Shown: positions 54,114-64,000 of the stretch, piece by piece
Position numbering within the stretch: position 1 is the first letter of the stretch
How the letters are laid out: each line of letters starts with the position of its first letter
Assembly: GCA_963695855.1 (NCBI GenBank)
Contig: CAVOHZ010000010.1
Span: 128,001 to 192,000, forward strand
Source of the DNA: an uncultured Nitrososphaerales archaeon
Lineage (GTDB): Archaea > Thermoproteota > Nitrososphaeria > Nitrososphaerales > Nitrososphaeraceae
Length of the DNA stretch: 64,000 nt
Reading direction: 5' to 3'
Position numbers and translations under genes: made by a program
Notes under the pieces: model-generated
Database searches by the model: none
Seen by the model: only the letters and a program-made list of their open reading frames with translations
Told to the model about the DNA's origin: nothing

Positions 54114-54800
54114 TTATATTGGATTATTATATAGCTCTTCCGCAGCCTCATCAATATCTTTATGGGAGTCAATAGATCTCCAAAATATATCGATAAACCG
54201 AATTCCTTTTAGTTTACCTTCCTTTGCCATAGTGGGTAAAGCAGTAGTTTCTATGTTTCCATTATCAGGTAAATATTGAAAAATTTCCTTTGTGAAATAA
54301 TATACTCCTGCATTTATCCACTTGTCAGGAATTTCCGGTTTTTCTTCAAATCCGATTACATCAGAAATTTCATTTATATTCACTACACCATAAGGACTTC
54401 TAAGGGGAACAAGAGCAATACTAGATTTATTTTCTTTACACAAACAATGTGGATCGAGATTTGTCAATATGTCTCCATTAGTCATAAAGAATCCATCATC
54501 AGTAGTACCGGTCAGCAAACTGGCAGTATTTTTTAGTGCTCCACCTGTTCCCAAAGGGGTATCTTCTACTACATAACCTATTTTGATCCCAAATTTGTTT
54601 CCACTACCTAGATAATCTATGATTGTTTCTTTGAGATATCCTAAACAAATAATTATTTCATCAATATTATGTTTTTTAAACCACATAATTTGCCATTCTA
54701 ATATAGGCTTATTAAGCACCTCTATCATCGGTTTAGGTCGGTCATTGGTCAGCGGTTTAAGTCGCTTTCCTAAACCTCCGGCTAGAATTACGGCCTTCAT
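54114..54800 (-). CDS. Sugar-phosphate nucleotidyltransferase
   Basis: ILAGGLGKRLKPLT..PKPM, PLGTGG, NGD, INAGVY. Confidence 0.9.
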   Translation of the reverse strand: MKAVILAGGLGKRLKPLTNDRPKPMIEVLNKPILEWQIMWFKKHNIDEIIICLGYLKETIIDYLGSGNKFGIKIGYVVEDTPLGTGGALKNTASLLTGTTDDGFFMTNGDILTNLDPHCLCKENKSSIALVPLRSPYGVVNINEISDVIGFEEKPEIPDKWINAGVYYFTKEIFQYLPDNGNIETTALPTMAKEGKLKGIRFIDIFWRSIDSHKDIDEAAEELYNNPI

Positions 54801-55176
54801 TGCAATACAATCTTTTGTAGATTATAAAAGATTAACTGATTAATTCTATTATAATATTCTCTATAAAATGATAAATATATCCCTTTTCGTATTGTTTTAT
54901 ATAAATTTTATAATATAATATAAAATTTTTTGCAAAAATAAACTAAAAAACCAATTAAAATTCAAAAAATAAAATAATAATATAATATGAACAAATTTGA
55001 TTAGACACATATATGTTATACTTTTTTTTAAAGATAAATAAAAACACACAATAAAGAAAATAAAATTATTGGGTTATTTTACGATTTTAAGACACTTTCG
55101 AAGTAAAAACTCACCCCAATGTAAAAAATATTGAATTATAAAATGGTTAATAAAATTCAAATTCAAAAAAATTAAA

Positions 55177-55280
55177 CGCCGCTGATCAGACTCGAACTGA
55201 TGACCCACTGGTTAACAGCCAGTTAAGCTCCGGAACGAGAAACGCATCGGATTTGCTCTACCATGCTGAGCTACAGCGGC
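55177..55280 (-). tRNA. tRNA-Asn(GUU) with a 30-nt intron at non-canonical position 27/28 (55223-55252)
   Basis: Acceptor GCCGCTG/CAGCGGC, D-stem GCTC/GAGC, anticodon arm ACTGG-CTGTTAA-CCAGT, T-arm ATCAG-TTCGAGT-CTGAT. Confidence 0.92.
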
Positions 55281-55532
55281 ATTCAAATATTTTTTTTTAT
55301 ATCAGAATAAAAATGTTTTCTTATTTGTTGATTTTATTACTTTTTGAATTCTCCTAAGATTACACAATATTGAAAAGTTGGATTAGAATACTAGAAAATC
55401 AAATATTTATTTTTTGATCAAATTCATACAACTTTTATCCATTTTTTACAGGTTTTAAATATAACAAAATTTTTGGTCCTGAATATATTTAAAAAGAGTA
55501 TATTAGAATTCTTTTGGAACCAAGACAGAAAT

Positions 55533-56087
55533 TTAGTCCATTCCTTCTTCTTTTGAATAAAGATATACTCCATCCAGAAAAACACGTAAATCTTTGTTCT
55601 TTATCTTGGTTGAAGATTCAATATTTGAGGCAGTCTGAGAGACATTTTCAAGGCTGGGTCCTTTAACAATAACATCTTCGCCATTTACAGTTACTTGGGT
55701 AGTTTCACCGACAATTCTTGACACCCTTGAAGATCTCTCGCCAAAATAATTATCAACTATTACTTGTTTATCCTTGACTTTGACAGTTATTGGAAAGTGT
55801 GAAAATACTATTTTTAGTTTGTAAGTAAACCCTACCTCAACACCCTTTATCATGCTTGAAATTATACTTCTTACTGTATTGGCCAATGCAAGATCTTTTT
55901 TTCTTTTGCCAGGTGGTTGAATCACTATTTTGTTATCCTCAAAGACTAAAGTAGTAGGAATTTTTGTAAAATCCTTGCTTAGTCTTCCTTTCTTCCCTTC
56001 AACTATTAATACATTTCCTTCTTTAGTGACTTTGATATCTTGAGGAATAATTATCTCAGCAGATGGTTTATTTTCACTAGTAGACAT
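55533..56087 (-). CDS. rpl6: 50S ribosomal protein L6
   Basis: FSHFPITV, KDLRVFLDGVY. Confidence 0.95.
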   Translation of the reverse strand: MSTSENKPSAEIIIPQDIKVTKEGNVLIVEGKKGRLSKDFTKIPTTLVFEDNKIVIQPPGKRKKDLALANTVRSIISSMIKGVEVGFTYKLKIVFSHFPITVKVKDKQVIVDNYFGERSSRVSRIVGETTQVTVNGEDVIVKGPSLENVSQTASNIESSTKIKNKDLRVFLDGVYLYSKEEGMD

Positions 56088-56469
56088 AACCTATCAAAAC
56101 ACCTCCCAACCCTTGAATTTGTGCATCATGATGGGACATGATTCCTTTGCTGGTAGACACAAGTAAAAGTCCAACGTTATATGCAGGTAAAAATTGTCTT
56201 TCCCAGTTTAGATATTCATCTTTTTTAAGATTATATCTGGGAGTTATTATGCCGCATTTGTTTATCTTAGCAAGCAACTGAATCCTAAATTTACCCATTC
56301 TATTGTCGTCGATTTGTTCAAACTCTCCAATAAATCGATACTTTTGTAATACGCGTAAAATCTCGCTAGCAAATTTTGAAGACGGAGAGACAAGACACTC
56401 TTTTTTTCTTCTTGTCTCATTGTTATATAGAGTGGTAAACAAATTCGAAACAACGTTTAATGCTGGCAT
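56077..56469 (-). CDS. rps8: 30S ribosomal protein S8
   Basis: INKCGIITPR, STSKGIMSH. Confidence 0.95.
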   Translation of the reverse strand: MPALNVVSNLFTTLYNNETRRKKECLVSPSSKFASEILRVLQKYRFIGEFEQIDDNRMGKFRIQLLAKINKCGIITPRYNLKKDEYLNWERQFLPAYNVGLLLVSTSKGIMSHHDAQIQGLGGVLIGYVY

Positions 56470-56578
56470 TTAGACGAATTCATCTCCAGTTAAGGATATT
56501 ACGTTATATTTCAGCATGTTCTTTTTATTTATAAATAGATTATTTCTTGAAATCATATCTAGATCATTATCACCAAAA

Positions 56579-56758
56579 TCATTCATATTTTTTGAAACCT
56601 ATACCATTAGCAACATCTCTGAAGCATTGCCTACACAACATGATATCATATTTTTGTATTAATCCATTATATGAACCACATTTTTTACACCATCTGTTTC
56701 CTTTTCCATGAGGAACCTTTTTTCTACCCGTTTCCGCATAATCACGAGGTTTTGGCAT
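56579..56758 (-). CDS. rps14: 30S ribosomal protein S14 (Zn-binding; not in ORF track)
   Basis: Hand translation MPKPRDY..WCKKCG..IQKYDIMLCRQCFRDVA..GFKKYE. Confidence 0.93.
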   Translation of the reverse strand: MPKPRDYAETGRKKVPHGKGNRWCKKCGSYNGLIQKYDIMLCRQCFRDVANGIGFKKYE

Positions 56759-56759
56759 C

Positions 56760-57332
56760 TTAAATTACTTCAACTCCAAATTTTTGTTGAAAGAATAATA
56801 GAGATTCTTGTGGAGTAATTCGGTGAAACTTACCTATCTTGTCTGGATTTCTTCTTTTACTTATTCTGTAACCAGGTCTTTTTAACGAGACACACACATC
56901 CATTCCAAAAATGCCAATATCGGGATTATATTTTGTACCTGGAATATCGATATGTTCTTTAATTCCTATGGAGATATTTCCGTTTGTATCAATTGATGAT
57001 CTCTTAATTGTATTTGATTTCGAAGAGAATATCCTTTTTATGAATTCTATAGCATTATCCTGTCTTAATGTAACCATGGTTCCGATTGGTTCTCCTTTAT
57101 GTATTCCAAAATCTCTAACAGATTTTTTTGCACCTCGAACACTGGGTTTTTGTCCAGTCAATTCTTCTAGGGCCATTTTAGCTCTTTCTATAGGATCACC
57201 AGACTTGCCTACCCCAATATTAATCACAACTTTCTCTATCTCAATCACTCTCATGTCGATCGTTTTTTTTGATTTTGAATTCGTAATATTCAGCTGTTCA
57301 CTATTTTCTTTATTATCTAATGTTTCAGTCAT
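56760..57332 (-). CDS. rpl5: 50S ribosomal protein L5
   Basis: KVVINIGVG, EHIDIPGTKY, GIFGMD. Confidence 0.95.
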   Translation of the reverse strand: MTETLDNKENSEQLNITNSKSKKTIDMRVIEIEKVVINIGVGKSGDPIERAKMALEELTGQKPSVRGAKKSVRDFGIHKGEPIGTMVTLRQDNAIEFIKRIFSSKSNTIKRSSIDTNGNISIGIKEHIDIPGTKYNPDIGIFGMDVCVSLKRPGYRISKRRNPDKIGKFHRITPQESLLFFQQKFGVEVI

Positions 57333-57342
57333 TTTTTTCCAC

Positions 57343-58065
57343 CTAACTCACCTTGATTCTAGGATTTTCATTCTCATTTCCAATAACCATAATCATGTCT
57401 ATCGGTATTTCCAAATTTTTCGATTCAAAAGATGCTATAACACGTTTTGGCAGTGAAAATGTTCCTTCTTTTATTTCTTGCACCCTTCCTATTTTTCCAG
57501 CGTTGTCGCCACGAGTAATCAATATTAGAGAATTATTGGATAATTTCAAGTGTTCAGCAATCTCGAGCTCGGGTGTCTTTAAAAGACATGAATCACCAAC
57601 TTGTAGCATATTCTCTGAAATTTTAGTCTTGCCATCATGAAAACCGTACTGGATCTTATTTCCCTTTACAATATTCTTTTGAATTATTTTTACTAGTTTG
57701 AAATGTTTTTCATCTTCATTGATCTCGATTGGATATAACAAGGAAGAATCCTTTGGAACCAATCTAAATACTTGTTTTAAGGGAATCAATTCTAATGTAT
57801 CCATCAATCCTACTGCAAAATTTGGATTATATCTTGGAACATTATCTATCCTTATTTTGCCATCATTGAGGATATTTTTTACTTCATTGCTATTTTGAAC
57901 TACTTTCAGTACATCCCTCAGTAAGACACTAAGGGCATAAGCATGATCTTTTGAATGCGTGCCGGGATGAATTTTTGGAATAAAACGTCCTTCTTTTCTT
58001 TTTATATCCCAAAACAAGGGAGCTGATTGTCTCTTGATGGTTGTTTGTCCCCCTTTCTTACCCAT
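57343..58065 (-). CDS. rps4e: 30S ribosomal protein S4e
   Basis: KRQSAP, PGTH, FHDGK, GDNAGKIG. Confidence 0.95.
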   Translation of the reverse strand: MGKKGGQTTIKRQSAPLFWDIKRKEGRFIPKIHPGTHSKDHAYALSVLLRDVLKVVQNSNEVKNILNDGKIRIDNVPRYNPNFAVGLMDTLELIPLKQVFRLVPKDSSLLYPIEINEDEKHFKLVKIIQKNIVKGNKIQYGFHDGKTKISENMLQVGDSCLLKTPELEIAEHLKLSNNSLILITRGDNAGKIGRVQEIKEGTFSLPKRVIASFESKNLEIPIDMIMVIGNENENPRIKVS

Positions 58066-58187
58066 GAATTATCTCAAACCTCCTAGAAATAATTTGTTAA
58101 CTTTATCTAATCTATTTATTCTCATTACTAGTATTTTTTCATTGATACAGTTATTACGTAAATGATACATAAGTGATCTCATTATAA

Positions 58188-58718
58188 TCATCGTTCTTTC
58201 TGATTGCCTCCTTTATTATCTTCTTCGATTTCAGGAGTCGTTAATTTTTTATCATTTACTTTTAGCAAACTTTTAACCCTTAAACCTTTCTTGAGCTTGT
58301 TCATACCTCGACTTCTGAATTTGCTAGATTTATCTTTAGATACTGATTGTCCTGCTCTATCTGAGGAAGATAATTTGGTATGTTTAATTTTCTTTATTAC
58401 GTTTTCTCTTTTTTTATCTTGCGTATTTAATGAAGTAATCATTACATTGGAAGAATGGATTTGTACTTTTACCTTTCCTCCCTTTGCTACTTCTTTCTGA
58501 ACGCCTTCGATTATCAAAGTACTCCTTTCTGTATTGACCTTTTCCACCTTTCCCTCAACATTTTTGTATTCTCCTCTCATTATCTTTACTGTATCTCCCT
58601 TTATTACCCGGGCATTTCTTTTTTCATATTCTTTCTTTAGATTTTCTGATAATTTGGAACGGATATTCGCAAAACGTCTGTGTTTTCTCAAAAGCATATT
58701 TGCGTTAATTTCTAACAT
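58188..58718 (-). CDS. rpl24: 50S ribosomal protein L24
   Basis: KGDTVKIMRGEY KOW motif, IHSSNVMIT. Confidence 0.93.
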   Translation of the reverse strand: MLEINANMLLRKHRRFANIRSKLSENLKKEYEKRNARVIKGDTVKIMRGEYKNVEGKVEKVNTERSTLIIEGVQKEVAKGGKVKVQIHSSNVMITSLNTQDKKRENVIKKIKHTKLSSSDRAGQSVSKDKSSKFRSRGMNKLKKGLRVKSLLKVNDKKLTTPEIEEDNKGGNQKER

Positions 58719-58750
58719 TTTTCATTTATCACCAAATCACTATAAAATAG

Positions 58751-59185
58751 CTAAATTATTACAGGTGCAAGATTTGCAATTCTTGGCCATTTCTCTGCCG
58801 CCTCAGCTGCTACAGGTCCTTTAATATCGGTTCCCTTGATCTCTCCTTCAGGAGTAACTAAAACTGCCGCGTTATCTTCAAAAGTAACTCGTAATCCATT
58901 CAATCGTCTTATTGGGTATTTCTGTCTAATTATAACTGCACCAAAGATCTGTTTCCTAAGTTGCGCTGGACCTTTTTTTACAGTTACAGTTACAAGGTCT
59001 CCTACAGCACAAGATGGTTGCCGTGAATGTCTTCCTTTATACCTTGTTACCTGAACTATCTTGAGGATTTTTGCTCCAGTATTGTCTGCACAGACAATTT
59101 GAGCAGAGACTGGTAATGCTTTTGTAACATATGGTCGGAATTCCGCTGCCCCCTTGGCAGAAACTGCTCTCGATTTAGATGCCAT
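58751..59185 (-). CDS. rpl14: 50S ribosomal protein L14
   Basis: ADNTGAK, FEDNAAV, IKGPVA. Confidence 0.95.
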   Translation of the reverse strand: MASKSRAVSAKGAAEFRPYVTKALPVSAQIVCADNTGAKILKIVQVTRYKGRHSRQPSCAVGDLVTVTVKKGPAQLRKQIFGAVIIRQKYPIRRLNGLRVTFEDNAAVLVTPEGEIKGTDIKGPVAAEAAEKWPRIANLAPVII

Positions 59186-59513
59186 CTTTGTTATTTTCAG
59201 CCTCCACAACAACAAAAGATATAGATTTTGAAATAGGTCTACACTCAGCTATCTTCACTTTTTCGCCTTCCTTGACACTAATGCAATCTGGGAGAAATGC
59301 ATGAACCTTAGATTTGCTTCTTTCATATCTTTTATATTTTGTAACCAACCTATTGTATTCTCTGGAAACTACAACCATTCTAGTGGCTTTGTTGCTTTCT
59401 ACTGTGCCTGTAAACAATCTTCCCCTTAAAGAAAGGGTACCATGAAATGGGCATAATTCATTTTGACATGTTTTTCTTGGAAGTCCAACCATAATACCAA
59501 TATTTCTAACCAT
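59175..59513 (-). CDS. rps17: 30S ribosomal protein S17
   Basis: CPFHG, KYKRYE, ECRPISK. Confidence 0.95.
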   Translation of the reverse strand: MVRNIGIMVGLPRKTCQNELCPFHGTLSLRGRLFTGTVESNKATRMVVVSREYNRLVTKYKRYERSKSKVHAFLPDCISVKEGEKVKIAECRPISKSISFVVVEAENNKDGI

Positions 59514-59521
59514 TCACACAA

Positions 59522-59794
59522 TCATCTCTTTATCTTTAAAATCCTATCTTCTGGTCTTCCTATCATATTATTACCACTTATAAAGCAAACGTTTGATGGT
59601 AAATAAACAGCGCATTTTTCTATTGTCTTTTTTGGAATTTTTTTAATTCCGTTTGATGTTCTTAATATTAACATATTCTTTGTTTCAAAAATAATACTGC
59701 CTAGTAAATTTTTCATATTATTTTGAGTGCTCAACAGGATTTTTATTTTTAAACCAACAAGCTCATGATAGACGAGATTTTCAATGGAAATCAT
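59522..59794 (-). CDS. rnp1: Ribonuclease P protein subunit Rpp29
   Basis: HELVGL, ETKNML, IPK, GRPEDR; conserved operon position. Confidence 0.9.
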   Translation of the reverse strand: MISIENLVYHELVGLKIKILLSTQNNMKNLLGSIIFETKNMLILRTSNGIKKIPKKTIEKCAVYLPSNVCFISGNNMIGRPEDRILKIKR

Positions 59795-59843
59795 ACGTTT
59801 GCTCGTCCATGTTCAATTGTATTTGTCTGAAAAAAGTGAATTT

Positions 59844-60050
59844 TCATTTATTATGGCTTCTCTCATTAATGAGTGTAAGTATTCTTGCAATATCCCTTCT
59901 GGCCCATCTAATACTGGAGCTTTCCTTTTTCAGTGTACCCTTTGCACCCTCTGACCTCAGTTTTGCAAGATCGACTTTAAATTCAAGTAACTTATCTTGA
60001 AGATCTTCATCGTTCATTTCTTTAAGAGTATTTAGTTTAATTCTGCCCAT
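59844..60050 (-). CDS. rpl29: 50S ribosomal protein L29
   Basis: RRDIARILT. Confidence 0.93.
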   Translation of the reverse strand: MGRIKLNTLKEMNDEDLQDKLLEFKVDLAKLRSEGAKGTLKKESSSIRWARRDIARILTLINERSHNK

Positions 60051-60059
60051 TTCTACGTT

Positions 60060-60998
60060 CTACGCTCCCACACCTTCACTTTTTTTTCTACGTGATTCTT
60101 GTAACGGATTTTGTTGTTGTTTGATTACTTCCTCGGTTTTATTTTCTCTTCTGGGAGCATCTCTCTGAGTATTATTATTCCCAGTATATTTTCCTTCATT
60201 TGAATAAGAGTCTTTTCTAGGTCTTGATCCAATCGATGGATTTATTTTCTCCTTTATCGGTGATTCGCTTCTAGTATTAGCACTTTTTTGACTGCTTGGG
60301 GTTAGTAAGGTTTTTTCCGTATTTTCTTTTTCTGGTGAAGCCACAGATGAAGATGAAGATGTTGCTGTACTCTCCGCTTCTTTGGTGGATTCGCTATCTT
60401 TTTTTGATTCAATATTTAACTGGAATTCAGATGGCATTTCATTCTTTAATGCAATTTTCAATTGTATTCCCATAAGTCCCATCTTCGTTAAAACGTTAGT
60501 CACTCCAACTTTTACAACTCGATCTGCGACATTTCCGCTTTTTGGAATTATTCCAGAAGTATGTTTTTCAAAATGAGCTCTTTCACTTCTAAGTTTTCCG
60601 GCTATAGTTACTTCTGTACCAAGGGCACCGGCGTTCATTACTGTATTTAAAGTCCACATAGCCGCTCTTCTAAAAGCAGTACCTCTCTCGATAAGCTGCG
60701 CAATTCTATTTGCCATTATTTTTGGATTTAACTCGGGAACCTCGATCTCCATTACAGAAACTTGTGGGTTACTTAATCCAAAATTTGATTCTAATTTTGC
60801 TGTAAGATCTTTGATACCGACACCCTTTCTTCCAATAACCAAGCCTGGTCTTGTTACATATAATGTAATTCTAGTTCCAATCGGTGTTTTTTGTATCTCT
60901 ACCCCGCCATAACCAGTTTCCTTCAATGTTTCTTTCAGGTAACTATCTAGTTCCATATTCTTGTAATTATTTATCATTACATTTTTTGCAGCGTTCAT
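60060..60998 (-). CDS. rps3: 30S ribosomal protein S3
   Basis: RPGLVIGRKG, AFRRA, GKLRSERA; long low-complexity C-tail. Confidence 0.95.
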   Translation of the reverse strand: MNAAKNVMINNYKNMELDSYLKETLKETGYGGVEIQKTPIGTRITLYVTRPGLVIGRKGVGIKDLTAKLESNFGLSNPQVSVMEIEVPELNPKIMANRIAQLIERGTAFRRAAMWTLNTVMNAGALGTEVTIAGKLRSERAHFEKHTSGIIPKSGNVADRVVKVGVTNVLTKMGLMGIQLKIALKNEMPSEFQLNIESKKDSESTKEAESTATSSSSSVASPEKENTEKTLLTPSSQKSANTRSESPIKEKINPSIGSRPRKDSYSNEGKYTGNNNTQRDAPRRENKTEEVIKQQQNPLQESRRKKSEGVGA

Positions 60999-61471
60999 TC
61001 TGTTACGGTCCTCTCCTGAGCAACCATTTCTACATGTACTAGCGTGTCGAATTTGGGACTAGCTCTTCCCATGGCTCTGGGAGTAAATCTTTTTAATTTG
61101 GTGCCTTTATGCACAACAATATTTACTATCCTTAGTCTATCTAGATCCATTCCCTTATACTCTGCATTGCTTTCCAAGTTATCTAAGAGTTTTAGGAATT
61201 CCTGACTAGCCTTGGACGGAAATCTTCCTGCACTAAAACCATCTTTTATGTTAGATCTATGAGCTACTTCATTATTGTATCGCCTAAAAGGAACCGCAAT
61301 TTCTTTATTTAAAACTGCCTCAAGAAAAATTCGCGCTTTTTCAATCGACATATTTTTTATTGCAACGGCAATTTCTCTTGCGTGTTTATGGGAAATATCC
61401 ATCTCCCTAAGGGCAGATCTTACTTGTCTTGTTTTGTCAAAATTTTTATATGCATAAATATAATGAGGCAT
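60995..61471 (-). CDS. rpl22: 50S ribosomal protein L22
   Basis: ISHKHAREI, GRFP, PRAMGRA. Confidence 0.95.
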   Translation of the reverse strand: MPHYIYAYKNFDKTRQVRSALREMDISHKHAREIAVAIKNMSIEKARIFLEAVLNKEIAVPFRRYNNEVAHRSNIKDGFSAGRFPSKASQEFLKLLDNLESNAEYKGMDLDRLRIVNIVVHKGTKLKRFTPRAMGRASPKFDTLVHVEMVAQERTVTE

Positions 61472-61500
61472 TTTTTATTATCACACTTTCCATAAATTAA

Positions 61501-61908
61501 TTATTTTAACGGTACGTATAAACTGGATCTTGACGATCCTACACCAGGTGAGCCATGTTGAACCCTTTTATTTGTAATAGAATATTCACCAAGATAGTGT
61601 CCTACCATTTCCGCTTTTATATTAATATCGAAAAACTCTTTTCCATTATGAACACTAATTGCAAGTCCAATCATATCTGGTAGTATAATCATGTCCCTGA
61701 CATGAGTTTTCAGTTTATTTTTTAAAGTGCCACTTCTAGCAAGCTTGATTTCAGATCTCAGTTTTCGTTTTTGGTCATTCATATACACACCAACTCGTTT
61801 GTTTAAGGAACGTCTTTGCCTCGCATTAAGCAAAGGCAACAGAGACTCTATAGATATGGACTTTAATTGTTCTTGATTATATCCTCGAAATTTAAATTCT
61901 CTAACCAA
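61501..61908 (-). CDS. rps19: 30S ribosomal protein S19
   Basis: KTHVRDMIILP, HNGKEF, GHYLGEY. Confidence 0.95.
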   Translation of the reverse strand: MVREFKFRGYNQEQLKSISIESLLPLLNARQRRSLNKRVGVYMNDQKRKLRSEIKLARSGTLKNKLKTHVRDMIILPDMIGLAISVHNGKEFFDINIKAEMVGHYLGEYSITNKRVQHGSPGVGSSRSSLYVPLK

Positions 61909-62023
61909 TCTTATACTGTACCTCTGGAGTCTTATTTTTAAATCTAACTGGAATTGTTCGACGCGATGATAGTAATTTAACTGGATTCGTTTTAGGATCC
62001 CATACTACTAAATTCAAGAAACT

Positions 62024-62374
62024 TTACACCAATCCCAGTTTTGTTGCAAGATCTCGTGCTGAATCTAGATCCTTGAACTTTGCAAAAGCTTTCTTCCCGT
62101 CTATGGTTCTTGCCGTGTTAACCTCTACAATATCTGCTTCATAAAGTTCTTTTAATTCTCGCTTTATAGAAATCTTATCTGCATTTTCATCCACTATAAA
62201 CGTCAATTTTTTTTCTTTTTCAATCAAATTAAATGACTTTTCGGTCATATATGGCGTGATGATAACAGGTTTTTCATGCAGTTCCCTGACACCATTTTCT
62301 GACTCGATAATCTTCTTACCTTTCTTCCTGGTTGCTATCCTTGAAGATTTCAAAGACAGAAGTTTCTTTTTCAT
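62024..62374 (-). CDS. rpl23: 50S ribosomal protein L23
   Basis: PYMTEKS, LTFIVD, VNT..GKKAF. Confidence 0.93.
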   Translation of the reverse strand: MKKKLLSLKSSRIATRKKGKKIIESENGVRELHEKPVIITPYMTEKSFNLIEKEKKLTFIVDENADKISIKRELKELYEADIVEVNTARTIDGKKAFAKFKDLDSARDLATKLGLV

Positions 62375-63177
62375 TTTTTTACCATCTCCATTAATACATT
62401 GCAAATTGATTTGATATTTTTTAATTCCTCTATAGCTTTTTCAGAAAATACAGTAAGCCTTATAGGTCGAGACCCCGGAGCTAGATCTAGGACGCTCACA
62501 TTCTTTACAGCCTTTATCGAAATCCCTGGAAGCGAATTATTTAACCGTCCAATCTTCTCTTCATCACTAACTAGAATTAAAGCGGACAATCCGGATCTCC
62601 TGTTGGAAGAGTACTTTCTATTGTTCTTGTTTCTTTTGATATGCGTCCTCATGAGATCTTCTTTTAATCCTATTTTTTCCAGAAACTTTTCTAGATCTTT
62701 AGATTTTAATAATGATTCTATTTCTCCAGAAACTACAATTGGTAAGGAGATGTCATCACCTAATAAATGCCCTCTCTGTTTTACAAGATCTCGATTTGAA
62801 GTCGCTGCAATTGCAGAGCATAACGCTAATTTTTTTTCTTTCTTGTTTATTTTCTTATAGATATTTTTCCAAGAAACAGGCGGATGAGCAACCCTTCCCT
62901 TTCTTACCCCAGCTACACCAGCAGCTTGGCCTGCCCTGGGAAAACCCTCACCTCTTGCCCTAGCGATTCTAGCAATTCCTAAACCGGTATTTCGTGATTC
63001 AGCACTCACCATCTGTCCAGCTCCTGGATATCTTCCCTGGATTTGAAAGGAATGAGAGTTTAAATGATTGTAAACTCTTTGAATTACTCTTGGTTTATAA
63101 GGAGTGGAGAAGACTGATGGAAGTTCAATATTCTCTTTTTCCTTTCCATCCATACCCAAAACTTTAACTGTATTCAT
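62371..63177 (-). CDS. rpl4: 50S ribosomal protein L4
   Basis: SAES..TG..ARIAR, GRVAHPP, LAPG. Confidence 0.95.
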   Translation of the reverse strand: MNTVKVLGMDGKEKENIELPSVFSTPYKPRVIQRVYNHLNSHSFQIQGRYPGAGQMVSAESRNTGLGIARIARARGEGFPRAGQAAGVAGVRKGRVAHPPVSWKNIYKKINKKEKKLALCSAIAATSNRDLVKQRGHLLGDDISLPIVVSGEIESLLKSKDLEKFLEKIGLKEDLMRTHIKRNKNNRKYSSNRRSGLSALILVSDEEKIGRLNNSLPGISIKAVKNVSVLDLAPGSRPIRLTVFSEKAIEELKNIKSICNVLMEMVKK

Positions 63178-64000
63178 CTAACAATTACCTCCAATACTTT
63201 TGGTTCAATAACCTTCTTTACCGGATTTCTTATGGGTTGTCTCATTTTAACTAATCTCTTCGGAACCCCTGGAACCGACCCTCTAACAACTATATAGTCA
63301 GATTTTACCAAACCAAAATGCTTGAAGCCGCCCTTTGGATTTATCCTAGCTAATGATGAATCTGATGACATTGTTGAACCCGCAACGTCAGTGGAAGAAA
63401 TAATCAATATTCTTTTGTTATATTCTGTTCTTTGGTGAAATCCCATTTGACCCTGTCTTGGTACAGAGTACATAACAACCGCAGGAGAAATGGGCCCCAG
63501 GGTTCCTAATGCCCTGACACTCTTTCTAGACTTGTGCTGTTTTCTTTTGACACCAAAACGAGTAATAGGTCCTTCAATACCTTTTCCTCGAGTAATTCCT
63601 AAAACGTCAATATATTGACCATTTTGAAATACGTCTGAAATTCTAAGCTCCTTACCGAGTATGCTTTTAAGATATTCATATTTGGATTTTACATCTTTAC
63701 CTGATACTCCTACTTCAAAAACAAATGGTTTTTTCTGAGAGAGATTCACTTTTTTTGGAGAAACAGAGACTATGGCAAGGACCGAAGATATTGAATCAAA
63801 AGAAGATTCTATATTTTTAAATAACTCTTCATTGTATTTGGTTTTAAATTTTCTTTCTAATTCTTTTGGTAATTCTTTAGAATAAGCATCAAAAAGTACC
63901 TTTTCACCATAGGCGTCTTTTTTGTAACAACGAATTGCAATAACAGTAATCGGAGGTGTGGCTATAACAGTAGATGAGTTTTCAAGTTGTTTGCCAAAAT
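63174..64000 (-). CDS. rpl3: 50S ribosomal protein L3 (5' part outside window)
   Basis: TRGKG.EG, GQMGFHQRTEYNK, GGFKHFG, GSVPG; L3-like sequence (VIATPP) continues to the window edge. Confidence 0.95.
   Translation of the reverse strand, partial: FGKQLENSSTVIATPPITVIAIRCYKKDAYGEKVLFDAYSKELPKELERKFKTKYNEELFKNIESSFDSISSVLAIVSVSPKKVNLSQKKPFVFEVGVSGKDVKSKYEYLKSILGKELRISDVFQNGQYIDVLGITRGKGIEGPITRFGVKRKQHKSRKSVRALGTLGPISPAVVMYSVPRQGQMGFHQRTEYNKRILIISSTDVAGSTMSSDSSLARINPKGGFKHFGLVKSDYIVVRGSVPGVPKRLVKMRQPIRNPVKKVIEPKVLEVIVR

Noticed and set aside
56911-62963. Plus-strand ORFs across the ribosomal cluster
   Set aside because: Antisense shadows of conserved genes.

Overview
Low-GC chromosomal window from an ammonia-oxidising archaeon (Nitrososphaerota, Nitrososphaeraceae/Nitrosocosmicus-like; taxonomy inferred from gene content). 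It contains scattered biotin genes (birA; bioF-bioB-serine recombinase-bioA; bioD), thrC, trpE/pabB, a CdvB/ESCRT-III paralog, aconitase, thiolase-DUF35, an intron-containing tRNA-Asn and the rpl3-to-rpl6 ribosomal protein cluster. These are interleaved with secreted repeat proteins and many IS elements (IS630, IS5, IS6, IS110). Main result: two different IS110-family elements each carry a bridge-RNA-like non-coding region whose loop sequences match their own junctions, including 2-nt 'handshake' positions. Each is inserted precisely into the terminal inverted repeat (TIR) of another IS family (IS5-like and IS6-like). The element at 12664-13950 looks intact. Other items: 28-bp palindromes bracketing the bio/recombinase block, a family of five secreted two-Cys paralogs with shared leader/promoter, and an 11-bp-phased TTTCA array. 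Several single-base frameshifts in conserved genes may be assembly errors. All calls were read by eye; no searches or RNA folding were run.
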